A DNA stretch of 64,000 nucleotides, from assembly GCF_009914755.1 (NCBI RefSeq), contig NC_060932.1, one strand, 5' to 3'. The notes below the pieces were generated by a model that worked only from the letters and a program-made list of their open reading frames with translations, did no database searches and was not told where the DNA came from. Source of the stretch: the human T2T-CHM13v2.0 reference genome, Homo sapiens. A program made the position numbers and the translations under genes. Below are positions 1 through 14,267 of this stretch, piece after piece. Numbering within the stretch: the first letter of the stretch is position 1; each line of letters opens with the position of its first letter.

Positions 1-381
1 TTTCTCAGAGTGTGGGAAATCATGGATTGATATTCTTAGTTTTTGATGTAGTGCTTTTTATTTTTAACCTTCTTAGACAATTTGTGAGCAAGGAAGTCAG
101 GAACTGTGAGCCACCTGCCATCTTAATTTGACATCTAGTCTCACTACTTTCAAGCACCTCCACTTCAAAATACTCTTACAAGTGAATCACCATTGTTAAA
201 TGGATCTTTGAAGGAATTTTGACAACCAGACTGAAAACAATCTAGACATCTTAGATATTTGTGGCTTCACAGAAAATAAAATAAAACAACCCTTTTCAGC
301 ATCAAGTTATATTTTCCATAGCTACAGAATCTGGTAAATAACTATGTTACTCATTCATCTAGGTAGTTTGATACTACCTAC

Positions 382-1210
382 TGATACTGGAGTTGGGGAG
401 GGAAGTGCTGGGAAGGGAAGGGTGTGGTCCCTGGCTAGGGCTCCACCCCTGGGCCTGTGCCCATGAACCTAGGTGAGGACAGGCATTTCTGTTTTTGTGC
501 CCAAATGTTGCATTTCCCAAGACCAACCTGGCCTACCACACCCCTCTCCTGTGCCTATAAAAACTCCCAATACCCTAGCTAGCAAGCACACAGCAACTGG
601 ATGTCGAGAGGAACACACCAGCAGAATAAGATACAAGTGGCTGGGCATTGAGGGGAATGCTCTGGCGTAAGAGCACATCAACAGATGCCGGCAGGCCAGC
701 AGGCTATTGACCAGCAGGACGAGGTGAAGTTTGGCTGGGGCAGTCGAAGGAGAGAGCTCCACTGCTGAGTGGCCGACTCCAGGGGAAAACCACCTTCCCA
801 CTCCATCTCCCTTCTGGCTCCCCCATCTGCTGAGAGCTACTTCCGCTCGCTAAAATCTTTGCACTCATTCTCCAAGCCCATGTGTGATCTGATTCTGCTG
901 GTATACCAAGGCAAGAACCCTGGGATACAGAAAGCCCTCTGTCCTTGCGATAAGGCAAAGGGTCTAATTGAGCTGACTAATGCAAGCCGCCTACAGAGAG
1001 CTAAACTGAAAGAGCACACTGTAACACATGCCCACTGGGGCTTCAGGAGCTGTAAACATTCACCCCTAGACACTGCTGTGGGGTTGGAGCCCCACAGCCT
1101 GCCCGTCTGCATGCTCCCCCTTGAGGTTTGAGCAGCGGGGCACCAGAGAAGTGAGCCACTCTCCCTGTGGCACACCCTGTGAGGGGCACAAGGGAACTTT
1201 TCCCATTTTA
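382..1210 (+). mobile_element. Solo ERV1 LTR, LTR1-like (HUERS-P2 group)
   Basis: Starts TGATAC, ends gggaacttttcccatttta (terminal CA mutated to TA); 4-bp TSD ctac at 378-381 and 1211-1214; body matches the recalled LTR1 consensus. Confidence 0.85.
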
Positions 1211-1260
1211 CTACCAAGGCCAGTGACATGAATGATCAAATACCAACCAGCTACATTTTA

Positions 1261-1673
1261 TTTAATTTTTAATTTTTTTAGTTGTCAGAAGATTTTATTA
1301 ACTGTAAGCCAGGGAATGGACTGATCGATTTTATTATGCAAATCAATGAAAAAAAAAACTCTTTTAGAAGGACACACACACACGTGCTCACAGGGAAGCT
1401 GGTTGTTGGTTGAGAGTCAGGTCAGAACCTTGGAGAGCTCAAGATAAAGGGGGGCAGAACCACAATCAGAAGCTTCCATGGCTGCCCCCCACATGGATGA
1501 GTTTTATTTAATTATTTTTTTCCTTCAACTTTTATTATAAGCTCAGGGGTACATATGCAGGATGTGCAGGTTTGTGACATAGGTAAACCTGTGCCATGGC
1601 GGTTTGCTGTACAGATCTTCCTGTCACCTAGGTATTAAACCCAGCACCCATTAACTATTCTTCCTGATGCTCT
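1261..1673 (-). mobile_element. 5'-truncated L1PA 3' end (~1502-1673) with a ~240-bp 3' transduction
   Basis: L1PA 3'UTR end on minus strand; whole unit flanked by direct repeat caaccagctacatttt(a) at 1244-1260 and 1674-1690. Confidence 0.8.
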
Positions 1674-3865
1674 CAACCAGCTACATTTTAAACCCTATTT
1701 TCTCTAAAGATACATCAACAGATTAGCTTATTCTTCAGTCCTGGATCTAACATAATTTGTACAGTAAAGTGAAGATAAAGTTTATTCAGATTATTTGTAC
1801 AAGTACTTTCTCATCAAAGTGCAGCAGTCTACTTTCTGTTTCCCATGGGTGATAGGAGATAGGGTTAATGAAACAGCAGTAATTTAGAGACCAGTTTTAG
1901 CTGCATATTGCAATCTTTCTTTAGAACTATCCTAAAAGCTGTCTGTTGCTTTGAAATGAATCTTACTTCCATTTCCTCCTTTTCTTTTGGACCTGCTCAG
2001 GAGCAATAAAATAGAGCAAATGTAAACAGCAGAAATGAGACAGAAGGGGACTTGGAGATAAAAGAAATTTGTTTCTTCTGCATTCTTCAGAATGCAGAGT
2101 AGTTCCTGGCAGAGAGTAGATGCTAAGTTAATGTTTGTCAAATTAAGTGCATAACCCGAATATTCAGAATAGAAATCTAAATAGTTTTTACTTGCCTGAA
2201 CACAGGAACCTTACTCCTAGAAAATTTGGCTGGCTAGCAGAAACAACTTTAAGTGCCTTGAAAAAATAAGTAACAGATGATAGGTTGCTTCTAACTGGAG
2301 GCTGGTGGAAGACAACATCACATTAGGTCTAGGGGAGGATTATTACTTGGGAAGGTGGGCTTGAGTCAGTGATGGGTTGAGAGGATGCGGTAGTAACCAA
2401 ACAGGTCAGCCAAGCCAGCAGCCATCAGGGATGGAGCCAAGGCAAACTTCAAGCAGACAATGCTGAATACAAACCATGTCTACCTTCTCAGATTGCCTCC
2501 CACCCACCTTTCTCTTTACATATTGGTGTAATAGCTATGCTGATTAGCCTGTCTCCTTCTGGATGTGGGTGAAAGGCCACATTCTGGAGTTTAGGACCTG
2601 CTTTTTCAAGTGGTACTCAGGGGATTAAATGACACAATCCAGAAGTGTGTGTGAGGAGTGATTAGCTCCCTGCATGTAAAACTTGATAAAAGAAAAATGA
2701 AAGACAGAAGTCCTCGCTTCCTTCTTTCTTTCAAGGACTACTCCAAGGTGAGATTTCATTTGCACATTTTCTTAAGAAGTCCTGAGAGCTGGGCAGACAT
2801 GGTTGCATCCTGGCCCTTGTGTTGCTTCTTTCTCCTCTAACCCTCATTCTTCTAGCCTTTCATTTCCCAACTAAAGGGTCAACCCTTTCATTCTTTCTTC
2901 AGGCTCTGCTTTCTAAGAAATCAGGAGTAAGGTACTGACTACCCCAGAGCTGTCTCACTTGGAGCTCTTTCCCTCAAGCTTTTCTGTTTAGTGTTTTTGT
3001 TTGCCATCCAAGGACATAAAAAGAGAAGGATCCTTCCTCAAAAACCATGCCCTCAGTCTCCTATGTTACTCCTTTTTTTGGTGCTGTGTAATAGTTATTT
3101 CACACCATAATAAATATTAGCTATACTTGCCATTGTATAGGTGTAGGGGAGGATGAGGAGGTTCAAACTGTATTCCCAACATCATAACTTCCTGTTACAT
3201 CCAAGAGCTGTTGAACAATATCGAGTTTCCCAACATATGTGTGATTGGAATCAAAGGAGGAGAAGAAAGGGAGACAGTTCAGAAGATAATATCTGTGGAA
3301 ATAATGGCTGGGAATTTTCAAAAAATAATGACAGAAACCAAACCACAGATCCAGGAGTCTCAGAGAACAGCAAGAACAAAAAAACAAAAAACACTCACTC
3401 CTCTCCCTACATACACATGCTGTGGCATAGCATAAAACCAAAAAAACAGACAAAATCTTAAAGGTAGTCAGAGAAAACAAAACATTACATAAAGAGGAAC
3501 AAAGGTACAGTGGTGCAAAGAATTACAGTAAACTTTTTGTCAGAAACTATGCAAGCCAGAGACAATGGAGCAACAACTCTAAAGTGCTGAAAGAAAAGTA
3601 TTTGTTAACCAAAAATTCTACACCTTGTGAAAATACCTTAAAAACTCAAGGTAAATAAAGATTTTCTTAGACACACAAAAATGGTGAGAATTCATTTTCA
3701 GCAGACCTACTGTATGAGAAATATTAAAAGATGTTCTTCAGGCAGAAAAAAATAATATATCAGACTGCAATGTAGACCTATACGAGGAAATAAATTTCAT
3801 TCTTTCTTTAAGATACTGACTACCCTAAAGCTGTCTCACCTAGAGCCCTTTCCCTCAACTTTTCT

Positions 3866-4214
<349 letters not shown>

Positions 4215-4469
4215 ACCCCCTCAAACTTTTCTATTTAGTGTTTTGTGTTTGTAATTCAAGGACATAACGAGAAAAGAGTTCTTCCTCAAAAACCATACCT
4301 TCAGTCCCCTATGTTATTCCTTTTTTAGTTCTCTTACTCTGTAAAATTCTTTCACACTATAATAAATATTAGCTATACTTGCCTAGGTATAGGTGTAGTA
4401 GGTGGTGAAAATGGAAATAATGAAGGTAAAATTAAATTAATTTTCTAAATATTCTTAATTACTCTAAAA

Positions 4470-4695
4470 CAATGGTTCTGAACCCCAGGAGATCCCTTTC
4501 CATTACGATTCTTCCCCATGGGAACACTGGCAATGTCTGGAGACATTTTTGATTGTCACAGCCGGGGTGGTGCTACTAATGCTAGTAGGTAAAGGTCTGG
4601 GATGCTGCTGAACACCCTACTATACATGGGACAGACTCACACAAACAGAATTCTCCAGTCCAAAATATTAATATTGCTGAAGTTTAGAGAATCTG
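4470..4695. mobile_element. MER20 (hAT-Charlie MITE)
   Basis: MER20 core ggcaatgtctggagacatttttgattgtcaca; perfect 8-bp TSD ctctaaaa at 4462-4469 and 4696-4703. Confidence 0.9.
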
Positions 4696-5172
4696 CTCTA
4701 AAAGATAACTTCTAAAGCAAAAACAGTAACACTGTATTGTGTGTTTACAGTATATATAAAAGTAGAGGGTATGAAAGCAATAGTACGATTAATGGGGGGG
4801 AGGAATTGGGACTAACTATTGTGATGTCCCTACATAGCACAGGAAACAATGTTATTTGAAGGTAGGCTCTTGTTAATTAAAGACGCATATTTTAAAACCT
4901 AAGACAGCCAATAAAAATAATTAAGATAAAATGGAATAATAAAATACATTCAATTAAAAAAGAAGAGCCTGAAAAGGAGAGCAGAAACTAAAGAATAGAT
5001 AGAACAAATATAAAACAGCTAGCAAGATGGTGGATTTTAATTGAGCCATTTAAATAACCACATAAACCTCATTTAATGAGACCTGAATTAACTTAAAACC
5101 AAATCAAAGACATGACAAAAGAAAAATGTTATGTCATTATCCCTCATGGACATATCTATCCACATCAAAATA

Positions 5173-5802
5173 CATTAGTCCCACTTATTGGTGGGGGATA
5201 TTTTCCAAGACCCTCAGTGGATTCCTGGAACTGCAGATGATACCAAACCCTATATATACTATGCATGAATTTCTTGTTCCTTCTTCACAACAGATAAAGT
5301 CACAGATGGAAAATTAGTTTTCATCATGGATCTTAGTAACTTCAGCATACGATTTTTTTTCTTTCCATATTAAGTCAAGAACTTTCACCTTTTCACTTAA
5401 AGGAGGCACTGATGGCTTCTTTTTTGGTAGATCTGAATGGCTAGCATCACTACTCTTGTGCTCTAGGGCCATTACAAAGTAAACTAAGAATGACTTGAAC
5501 ACAAGCATCACAATACTGGATACTATGATGGTTGGTCTGATAAATAAGACAACTCCTGAGTGAGTAACAGGTGTGGGGGAGGGTACAGACACATGGATAC
5601 CCTGGACAAAAGGAGGATTCACCTTCCTGGTGGGGCAGAGCCAGGCGGTGTGAGATTTTGTCATGCTATCCAGAGTGGTGTGCAATTTAAAATGCGTGAA
5701 TTGTTTATTTGTGGAATTTTCCATTTAATATTTCCAGAACACCACTGACCATAGGTAACTGAAACTGTAGAAAGTGAAACCATGAATAAGAGGAGACTAT
5801 TG
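5173..5802 (-). mobile_element. MER44/Tigger7 deletion derivative
   Basis: TA target duplication at both ends; TIR-like ends; ORF 5314-5724 contains the Tigger transposase N-terminus PLSEKVKVLDLIWKEKKSYAEV. Confidence 0.9.
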
Positions 5803-5949
5803 TATTGGCAAGTTGAATATAGCAATTTTCAACTTTTTATTTAAAAAGTTGAAAATTACTAGGCTGGGTGCAGTAATTAAAATTAAAAAATTTAAAAATA
5901 TTAAAATTTTTATTTTAATATTTTTAAATTAAAATATGTAAAAATACTA

Positions 5950-6282
<333 letters not shown>

Positions 6283-7479
6283 TTACATGGGCATGTCATG
6301 CTGGTTCAATACTAAAAAAATTCAGTCAATGTAACTCATCATATTAATGATGTAAAGAAAAGCCACTTGATCATATCGACAGATGCAGAAAAAGCATGTG
6401 AAAAATTCACCAGCCATTCATGATGAAAAGTGTCAGCAAACTACTAACAGAAGGAACTTCCTCAGCCTGATAAAGGGCATATAAAAAAACTGTATAGCTA
6501 ACATCATTTTTAATGCTGAAAGACTGAATTCTTACTCTCTGAAATCAAGAACAAAGCAGGAACGCCACTCTCCCCAGTCCTATAATTTACAGCACTAGAT
6601 GTCTTAACTAGTCCACTGAAGCAATAAGAAGAAATAAAAGGCATGGAGGTTGGAAGAAGAAAAAAACTGCCCCTATTTGCAGACAACATGAACATTTATA
6701 AAATCTAGGAATTTAGAAAAAGGCTTCTAGAATGAAAAGTAGGTTTATCAAAATTGCGGGACACAGGCCAATACCCAAAACCAACTGTTTTTCCATAAAC
6801 TGGTAACAATCGGAAACCACAATCTGAAAATGATATCATTTACTATAGCTCCAAAAAATGAAATACTTAGGTATAAATCTAAGAAAACATGCATAAGATC
6901 TGTATGCTGAAACCCACAAAACGCTGATGAAAGAAATCAAAGAAGACAAATAAATGGAGCGACACATGGTATTCATGGATTAGAAGACTTAAGAGAGTAA
7001 AGATGTCAATTCTCCCTCAACTGATCTATAGACTTAATGCAACACCAATCAAAATCCCAGCAAGTTTTTTCTTGTAAATAAAGACAAGCTGATTCTAAAG
7101 TTTATATGCAAAAGCAATGGAACTAGAATAGCTAAAACAACTTAGAAAAAGAATACAGTTAGAGGAATCTCATTACTAGATTTTAAGACTTACTATAAAG
7201 CAACAGTAATCAAGGCAATGGGATAGACACATAGATCGATGGAACAGAAAAGATACCCCATAAATAGACCTTCACAAATATGGTAATTTGATTTTTGATA
7301 AAAGTGTAAAATAATTCAATGGAGAAAGGGTGGTCTTTTCAACACATGGTGTTGGAACAATCTGTCATTCACATGCAAAAGGAGACATGCATCCTCAACT
7401 TTATCCCTCATACCAAAAATTAATTGACTCATAGCTCTAAGTATTCACTGTAAGACTATAAAATTTTTAGGAGAACACA

Positions 7480-7950
7480 GGACCACAGGGACCTCTTTGC
7501 TTAGTTATTCGGGTCAGAGAGAAGTACTTTCTTTCAGTTTCATGCCTCACATTGCTGTGTGCCTAGTGCTGTATCCGCCTATGTTGCTGCCTTGAGAATG
7601 CAGCTTCATGACTGGGACTTGCTTCAGTCTAGGGCAGGGAGAACAAAAAGAGGAAAAAAAAATGAGGATTTGCCCACAGATCCTCCATCCCACGGGGGCC
7701 CTTCTTTCAGGTTTTCTGGTTAGAAACAGAGGATTTCTCTGGGAACTTTTTCTGCCCACAGTTGCTGTGCAGTTCCTGGATTTGCATTGCCCTGCAGTCT
7801 AAGCTGGAAGATATGGAATGAAAAGATGTCAGGAAATTCACTGCCCTCTGGGTTACTTTCAGGATTTGATTTTCTTCCCAAATATGCCTGCTATTATTTA
7901 CTAATCAGCCTCCAGATGCTCACTTTATGTATTCTGTCCAAGGATTTTCG
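7480..7950 (-). mobile_element. Probable old L1M 5' region fragment, inverted
   Basis: Resembles antisense L1MC/MD 5' end (tgcctgctattatttact...tattctgtccaagg); from recall only. Confidence 0.45.
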
Positions 7951-8046
7951 CCACCCTTTCTGATACCGCAAACTGCCCTCCGTTTTACCTCCCTGCATTT
8001 CCAAATGCATCATCTTAGTACCTCTTAGTAGAACTGGAGCCACTAA

Positions 8047-8481
<435 letters not shown>

Positions 8482-8559
8482 CCACCAACTTTTTGATGGA
8501 AGAAGTCAGGTTCCTCGTGTGGGTGATTGCTTTGAAGTGGAAACAGCACCAGGTTCTAG

Positions 8560-8890
8560 CCAACAAGACATAAGGGGGCCTTCTGGGAGAACTATTTTGC
8601 CCTAACAAAGAGAGCGACCCATGGAGAAATTCTACCTCCCTTTCTGCCATTGAGCGTTATTGTATAAGGACATGATGCTCAGAAGTGTGGCTGCCACCTT
8701 GTACCACAAAAGAAAAGCAAAAACATTATAGAGAAGCAAAACTAGAGCCCAGATATGTTGAGCAGTCAATTAGACAAACTTGAGCCAGTTGCCTTTAGAC
8801 TCCTACTTGTGTGGGATCATAAATTTCCAATATTTAAACCACTTTTAGTGAGTAGTTTTAAAATTGCAACCCAGGTCATTTTAAGTTATA
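8560..8890 (+). mobile_element. Old ERVL LTR fragment (LTR33/LTR16-like)
   Basis: atgctcagaagtgtggctgccaccttgtaccac...tttaaaccacttttag resembles the LTR33 3' half. Confidence 0.55.
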
Positions 8891-9155
8891 AACTAATATT
8901 ATTCCATTTAGGGATTCAGCCATCCACAAAAATAACTGGGATGGAATTAATGAATATTTCTTAATAATTAAATTATGTTTTAAAAATATGGGTGAGTTGC
9001 TAGTTTATTCACTGATTTGACATATGTGTGAAGATTGTTTTTATGTGTTAGAACAATAAAGCTAAAAATGGATATACAACCTGAAAATAAATATGGATTA
9101 CATAGAATTATTCTTGATTTCTTTGTGGACTTGGAGAGATGTTATAATTCTATTC

Positions 9156-9248
9156 ATTTAAAAAATTTGTTTAAATGTATGGGGTACAAATGCAATTTTG
9201 TTACATGCATAGATTGTGTAGTGGTCAAGTCAGGACTTGAGGGTATCA
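9156..9248 (-). mobile_element. Very short L1PB/L1MA 3'-end insertion
   Basis: gggtacaaatgcaattttgttacatgcatagattg L1 3' end; 13-bp TSD tataattctattc at 9143-9155 and 9249-9261. Confidence 0.8.
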
Positions 9249-9269
9249 TATAATTCTATTCTTTATTTT

Positions 9270-9490
9270 CCTTCATTCACCCTTAAGAAATATTAATTGG
9301 GTGTCCATTATGTACCGGAAACTCATTCTAGGTTCTTGGGGCACTAAGAAGAGCCAGAAAAAGTTGCTGTTTTTAAAGTGTTAACAGTATAGTAGGAAAT
9401 AAAGACATATCAACCAATACTGTAGTTAAAATGCAGAGTGATACAAACTAATATATGGACATGTATAAAATTATTACAGGAATAAAAAAA
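9270..9490 (-). mobile_element. L2 3' fragment
   Basis: ttcattca...aaatattaattgggtgtccattatgtacc is the L2 tail signature. Confidence 0.65.
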
Positions 9491-9634
9491 GCTGTTTTGA
9501 GGTATAGTGTTTCTTTCCTATGATAATGGATTTATATAACACGTATGAATACAGTCCATTTTGTTTGGTTCTAGATTACTGGGTAGTATCAGATGCTTTA
9601 ATTTTCATAACTTAAGACTTTGAAAGGAATATTT

Positions 9635-10162
9635 GTCATAGAAATGAGTGAAAAATGGCCCCTGTTTATTGGCCCCTACATTGTTTGCTTATTCACAGCA
9701 CAGTAGGATGGTTAGCTCAGAACCTGCCAGGGCCAAACGCAAATTCTTTCACAGCCAATTGCTTAAAGGTAGCCCAAATAAGCATATTTTCAGCCACTTA
9801 CAGCTCACCTGCTTTGCATCCTCTACACAATTGCATTTAACATCTGCTAGCCACAGAGAAGACAAACCTTGTAGCTGTAGAAGACCCCAAACTGCTGCAG
9901 CCCTTTTGAGCTCTCTGAGCCAGAGACTCCCTGTATTGCTTCTGGGCAATACCACCTGGACACATGTGCCCCCTCACCGATCCCCGTCTCCCCTGGAATT
10001 TCCCTTGCCCTCTTCTTCTGGGTGTCTCTGGAAAGTCTTCTGCTGTGAGGACTTTCCCTTTTCTGCAATCCTGTCCAATAAAGCTTGCGTTGTGCAATAT
10101 TGCCTTCTTGTTCTATCTTTCTGTCTTTTCTTTGATCAGCCCCCAGATCCTCAAACTCACCA
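9635..10162 (+). mobile_element. ERV1 solo LTR, MER67-like
   Basis: AATAAA at ~10077 and 3' end ttgatcagcccccagatcctcaaactcacca typical of MER67. Confidence 0.65.
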
Positions 10163-10239
10163 TTGTTCTCTGCTATTATTTTTCTTTTAATGCGCATTAA
10201 TACACACACATATATATACACACACATATACACATATAT

Positions 10240-10510
10240 ACACTCTTTGGAATTCTTTTCCTTGTATGTCTCTTCAATATTCTCTCACACTTCCTTCAAA
10301 TGTCTGCCCAAACCTTGCTTCTCAATGAGTCCTTCCTTGACCACCCTTTCTGATACTGCAACCTGCCTTCCATTTTACCTCCCTGCTTTTCCAAATTTCC
10401 CTTCCCTTGCTCTATTTTTTTTCTTATTTCTCTGCTACTTGTTGTCTATTCACATACTATATACTTTACTCATATATGTTTATTGTTTATTGTATGTCAC
10501 TACCTATTAG
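10240..10510 (+). mobile_element. L2 fragment
   Basis: cttctcaatgagtccttccttgaccaccctt... L2 3' region. Confidence 0.6.
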
Positions 10511-10787
10511 GATATTATTTCTTCAGAACTTGAAGATACTGCTCCTTGGCCTCAGCAGTTTCACTGTTGCTAGTGACAAGTCAAGATAAGACTATTTCCT
10601 TCGGTAGCCTTGAAATTTTTCCCTAGAAACTTTTAGGTTCTCTTGTTTATCTGTGTAGTTCTGAGCTGCACCAACTTTTTAAAAGAGAGCAGTCTTGTTC
10701 TTTCCTACCATTTGATACTTAGTAAGCATTTAATTCTGAAGATGTGGGTCTTTTTTTCAGTTCTGGAAACTTTTCTGTGTGTATACC

Positions 10788-10790
<3 letters not shown>

Positions 10791-10826
<36 letters not shown>
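10791..10826. repeat. (CA)n microsatellite
   Basis: Directly visible AC run, embedded in a decayed minus-strand L1-like region. Confidence 0.95.
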
Positions 10827-10828
<2 letters not shown>

Positions 10829-11697
10829 ATCTTTCTATAAACATAATACACATATATAATTCTGTGTGTAAATATAATACACATCATACACATAGATACA
10901 CACATGAACACACACATAAAATTTTATATCTGTGTGTATTATATTTATTTCCTCTCTGCTATTGTAGAACTTGTGGATCTGTTTTTTATGCAACTGAAGG
11001 TTTATCTCATATTTTCCACCTCTTTTTGTGATTTTTAATGTTTTATGAAGAATTCTTTAGTTCAATTTGATTTTAATAGCTCCATTTTCCCCTTCAGCCT
11101 ACCAGTTGAGTTTTTAAATATGACCATATGTTTAATTTCTAAGATCTCTTTTGTTATATTTTTATAGAAGGCTTTTCTTATTTCTCTGAGGGTATTAACT
11201 GCCTTATTTTAAAACTTTATTTTCCTTTGTCTTCTATTTGTTGAATTTGGCTCCTGTCTTTTGTGGATATTAATTTTCCTCAAATGTTGTGTGATTCTTG
11301 TTTGGTTGCCCATATTTTTATTTGAGAGTCTCCTTTTGCCTCTTGGTGGTCTGAGTACAGAACCCTGTCTCAGGGGGTCTAGGGGGAGGTGGGGATTGTT
11401 GCCGAGTAGGTTGTGTGAGACCATAATCTTCCGGGCGTAAGTCACTCTTGGGGATTGTGACTGATGGTGGTAGCTGGAATTGTTCTCATTGACAGGCTTT
11501 TCTTACACAAGAGTCAACCCCAAGTTCTAGGGCTCAAATCTTCCATTTCTGAGAGCTGTGCTCCCTGCTTTTACTTAGGGGCTAAAGCCAGAACCTCTGT
11601 TCCCTTTCAACGTTTTTCTTCCTTTGTTGTCCACTTCGAAGTTTAGCAGTACTTTGGTCTTTGCTCTTCTGTTTTCAGCCCCAACATTTCTACAAAG

Positions 11698-11890
11698 CCT
11701 GTGGCTCTAAACCTTGTTTGCTCATTGCAATCACCTGGGAAGCTTGAGAAACTACTGAAGCCTTGGTCTTACCCCCATCCCCACCCCCACCCTGAGATCT
11801 TAATTTATTTCGTCTGGGGAGCAGCTTGGATGCTGGCATTTTTCTAAATTTTCTAGTTGATTTTAATTTACAACCAAGATTGCTAACCAC
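11698..11890. mobile_element. MER5-family hAT MITE
   Basis: aatcacctgggaagctt...gattttaatttacaaccaagattgctaaccac. Confidence 0.7.
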
Positions 11891-13044
11891 AGTGCTAGGA
11901 AATGGTCTCAAGCAGATCTTTCCTGTAAGTGTATTAAAAGTTCTTGGAGTTTATCGTAGGGCAGAAGCCTTCTTTATCTGCTGCTCACTGTAAGAATCAG
12001 ATAGGAAGGAAGGGGGCTGTCTACACAGCCTTTGGTGACACAGTTTCTTTAATTAGTCATCTTCTTGTTTGACCAATAGCCTTTCCTTATTTTGTATCTC
12101 TTAACCTTAATAACTGAACTTGAAGTACTTAGAATTGCTTTTACTTCAATAGTTGTTTTTATTATTTTTCTTAGTTGTTTTAGGCTAAAGTTTCTCTTCC
12201 GTTTTTTCCCCATCACTCTCCTCTTAGTGATGTATGATTTTCCAAGATTATTTAAAATTTCTGGTGCACTGATTGGCGCTATTTTTCAGCATGGCAGTAC
12301 ATTTTTTAAAAATTATTTTTCTTGTTATTTGCGTGGATTTGAAGAGGAATGGATGGACACATCTGTGATCATACTACCAAATTTATTCCACCTCCTAGTT
12401 CTATCTCCATTTGTCTTTCTCTGCTAATAGATCTATAAAATGTGGAAAGAGATGTTTTACAATCTCTCATAGCAATCCTATTTTTTGTTTTACATAATTT
12501 GATGCTTTTATATGAAACATAAAGTTTCATGGCTATTATAAATTTTATGTAGATTTTGCCTTTCATGAATATAAAATGACCTTCTTTTCTATGGAAACCT
12601 TTTTTTTTTTTTTTTTAACCTTATATTAAATTTTGTTTGAAATCAAAGGGGCCATCCTTTCTGTTTTTAAAATTTCATTTGTCTGGTAAGCCTTTGCTTA
12701 TTCTTTCAAAACATTTCTCATTTTAATGTGTCTCTTTAAGCTTAAATAGCGTATGTCTAGATTTTTAAAATCTTTTTTTAAATGGGGAGTTGAAATAACT
12801 TAAATGTATTATCATAACTTATATGCTTGGCCTCATCTCCGTTATCTTGTTTTATATTTTTAGATTTTATGCTTTCTTGCTGTTTTCTGGATTTATGTCT
12901 TTTACTTTGTGTAATATGCTTTGTTTGCTTTTACCTTTTCCAATGTTCTGAAAGGTAAACATTCCTCTTAAAATTTTAATTTTGGTTTTTAGAAAATGAT
13001 ACTTAACCTATTATTAGAAATTTAAAAAAAATTAAAATTTCCAT

Positions 13045-13530
13045 CAGAATTCTTACTTGCAAACAATAGAAACTGACTCTGGCTAGATTAAGCAGAAAGG
13101 AATCTTCTAGAAGGATAAGGAGCTGTCCACAGAATTGATAGGAAGGAAGGTTTTACATGGGGAGAAGCCACTGGTGGCTGCATGGCAGGACTGGCTAGGC
13201 CACCCCCAGGAATGGCAGCTATCTGATTGCCTCTGTTTTTCCATGGTCTTTGTGTTCCCTGGACACTGGCACCAGACACTTCCTCAGCCACCTTCCCCAC
13301 CCCTGCTCTGGACACTGAGCTCCACAGCTGCCACTGCTGGATTTCTGAAAAGTCTCTGCTACTAAGCATCATTTGTTTCACATGAATGTCCCAAACAAGA
13401 GCACACCACGGGCTAAGCTTAAGCCTCCAGCCCATGGCAGAGCCAAAAGGGGTTTGAGAGGGCAAGTTTCTGGCTTTTTCAGCTTGGAAGTGTGGCAAGT
13501 TCTTGCTTGCACCCTTCCCCAAGTCCCAGA
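13045..13530 (-). mobile_element. Old MLT1 (MaLR) LTR
   Basis: ttgcaaacaatagaaactgactctggctagattaagcagaaagg is the reverse-complement of an old MLT1 3' end. Confidence 0.6.
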
Positions 13531-13627
13531 TCTCTGCCCAATATTTATCCCTCCTCTAGTTTTATTATAATCTCTTCTCAATATTTTATAAATTATGACA
13601 AAACTGAAAAGTGAAATACCTCTATAC

Positions 13628-14142
13628 CAGAGGTCTCCAGTCTTTTTGGAAGCAGGGACCAGTTTTGTGGAAGACAATTTTTCCATGGATGTGGGTGGGA
13701 GGGGATTCAAGTGCATTACATTTATTGTGCACTTTATTTCTATTATTATTGTGTTGTAATATATAATGAAATAATTATACAACTCACCATAATGTAGAAT
13801 CAGTGGGAGTCTGGAGCTTGTTTTCCTTCAACTAGATGGTCCCATCTGGGTGTGATGGGAGACAGTGACAGATCATCAGGCATTAGATTCTCATAAGGAG
13901 CACACAACCTAGATCCCTCGCATGTGTAGTTCACAATAGGATTCATGGTCCTATGAGAATCTAATGCTGCCACTGATCTCACAGAAGGTGGAGCTCAGGC
14001 AGTAACGTGAGTGATGGGGAGAGGCTGTAAATACAGATGATGCTTGGCTCTCTTGCCCACCACTCACCTCCTGCTTTTCAGCCTGGTTCCTCCCAGGCCC
14101 TGGACTGGTATCAGTCTGTGGCCCAGGGATTGGGGACCCCTG
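13628..14142. mobile_element. MER1A (hAT-Charlie)
   Basis: cag...ggggacccctg termini; gatcatcaggcattagattctcataaggagc core; 8-bp TSD ctctatac/ctatatac. Confidence 0.9.
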
Positions 14143-14267
14143 CTATATACAGGGGTAAAAAAAGAGGGAAGAAGAGAGAATTTGGTTAAAATATATTCAT
14201 AGAAGGAAGGAAGTGTGAAGAGAAATCACGGTCCTTATTGCTTCCATTGGTTATATGGTTGCAGATC

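Noticed and set aside
469-1229. Overlapping ORFs of 65-130 aa
   Set aside because: All lie within the GC-richer LTR1-like solo LTR; chance ORFs.
5314-5724. Domesticated Tigger transposase gene
   Set aside because: Only ~50 aa of the N-terminus inside a non-autonomous MER44 element; no DDE domain.
9648-10233. 180-aa ORF and overlapping ORFs
   Set aside because: Contained in a MER67-like LTR; no protein family resemblance.
10643-11031. ORFs with HT/CV repeats
   Set aside because: Translations of (CA)n microsatellites.
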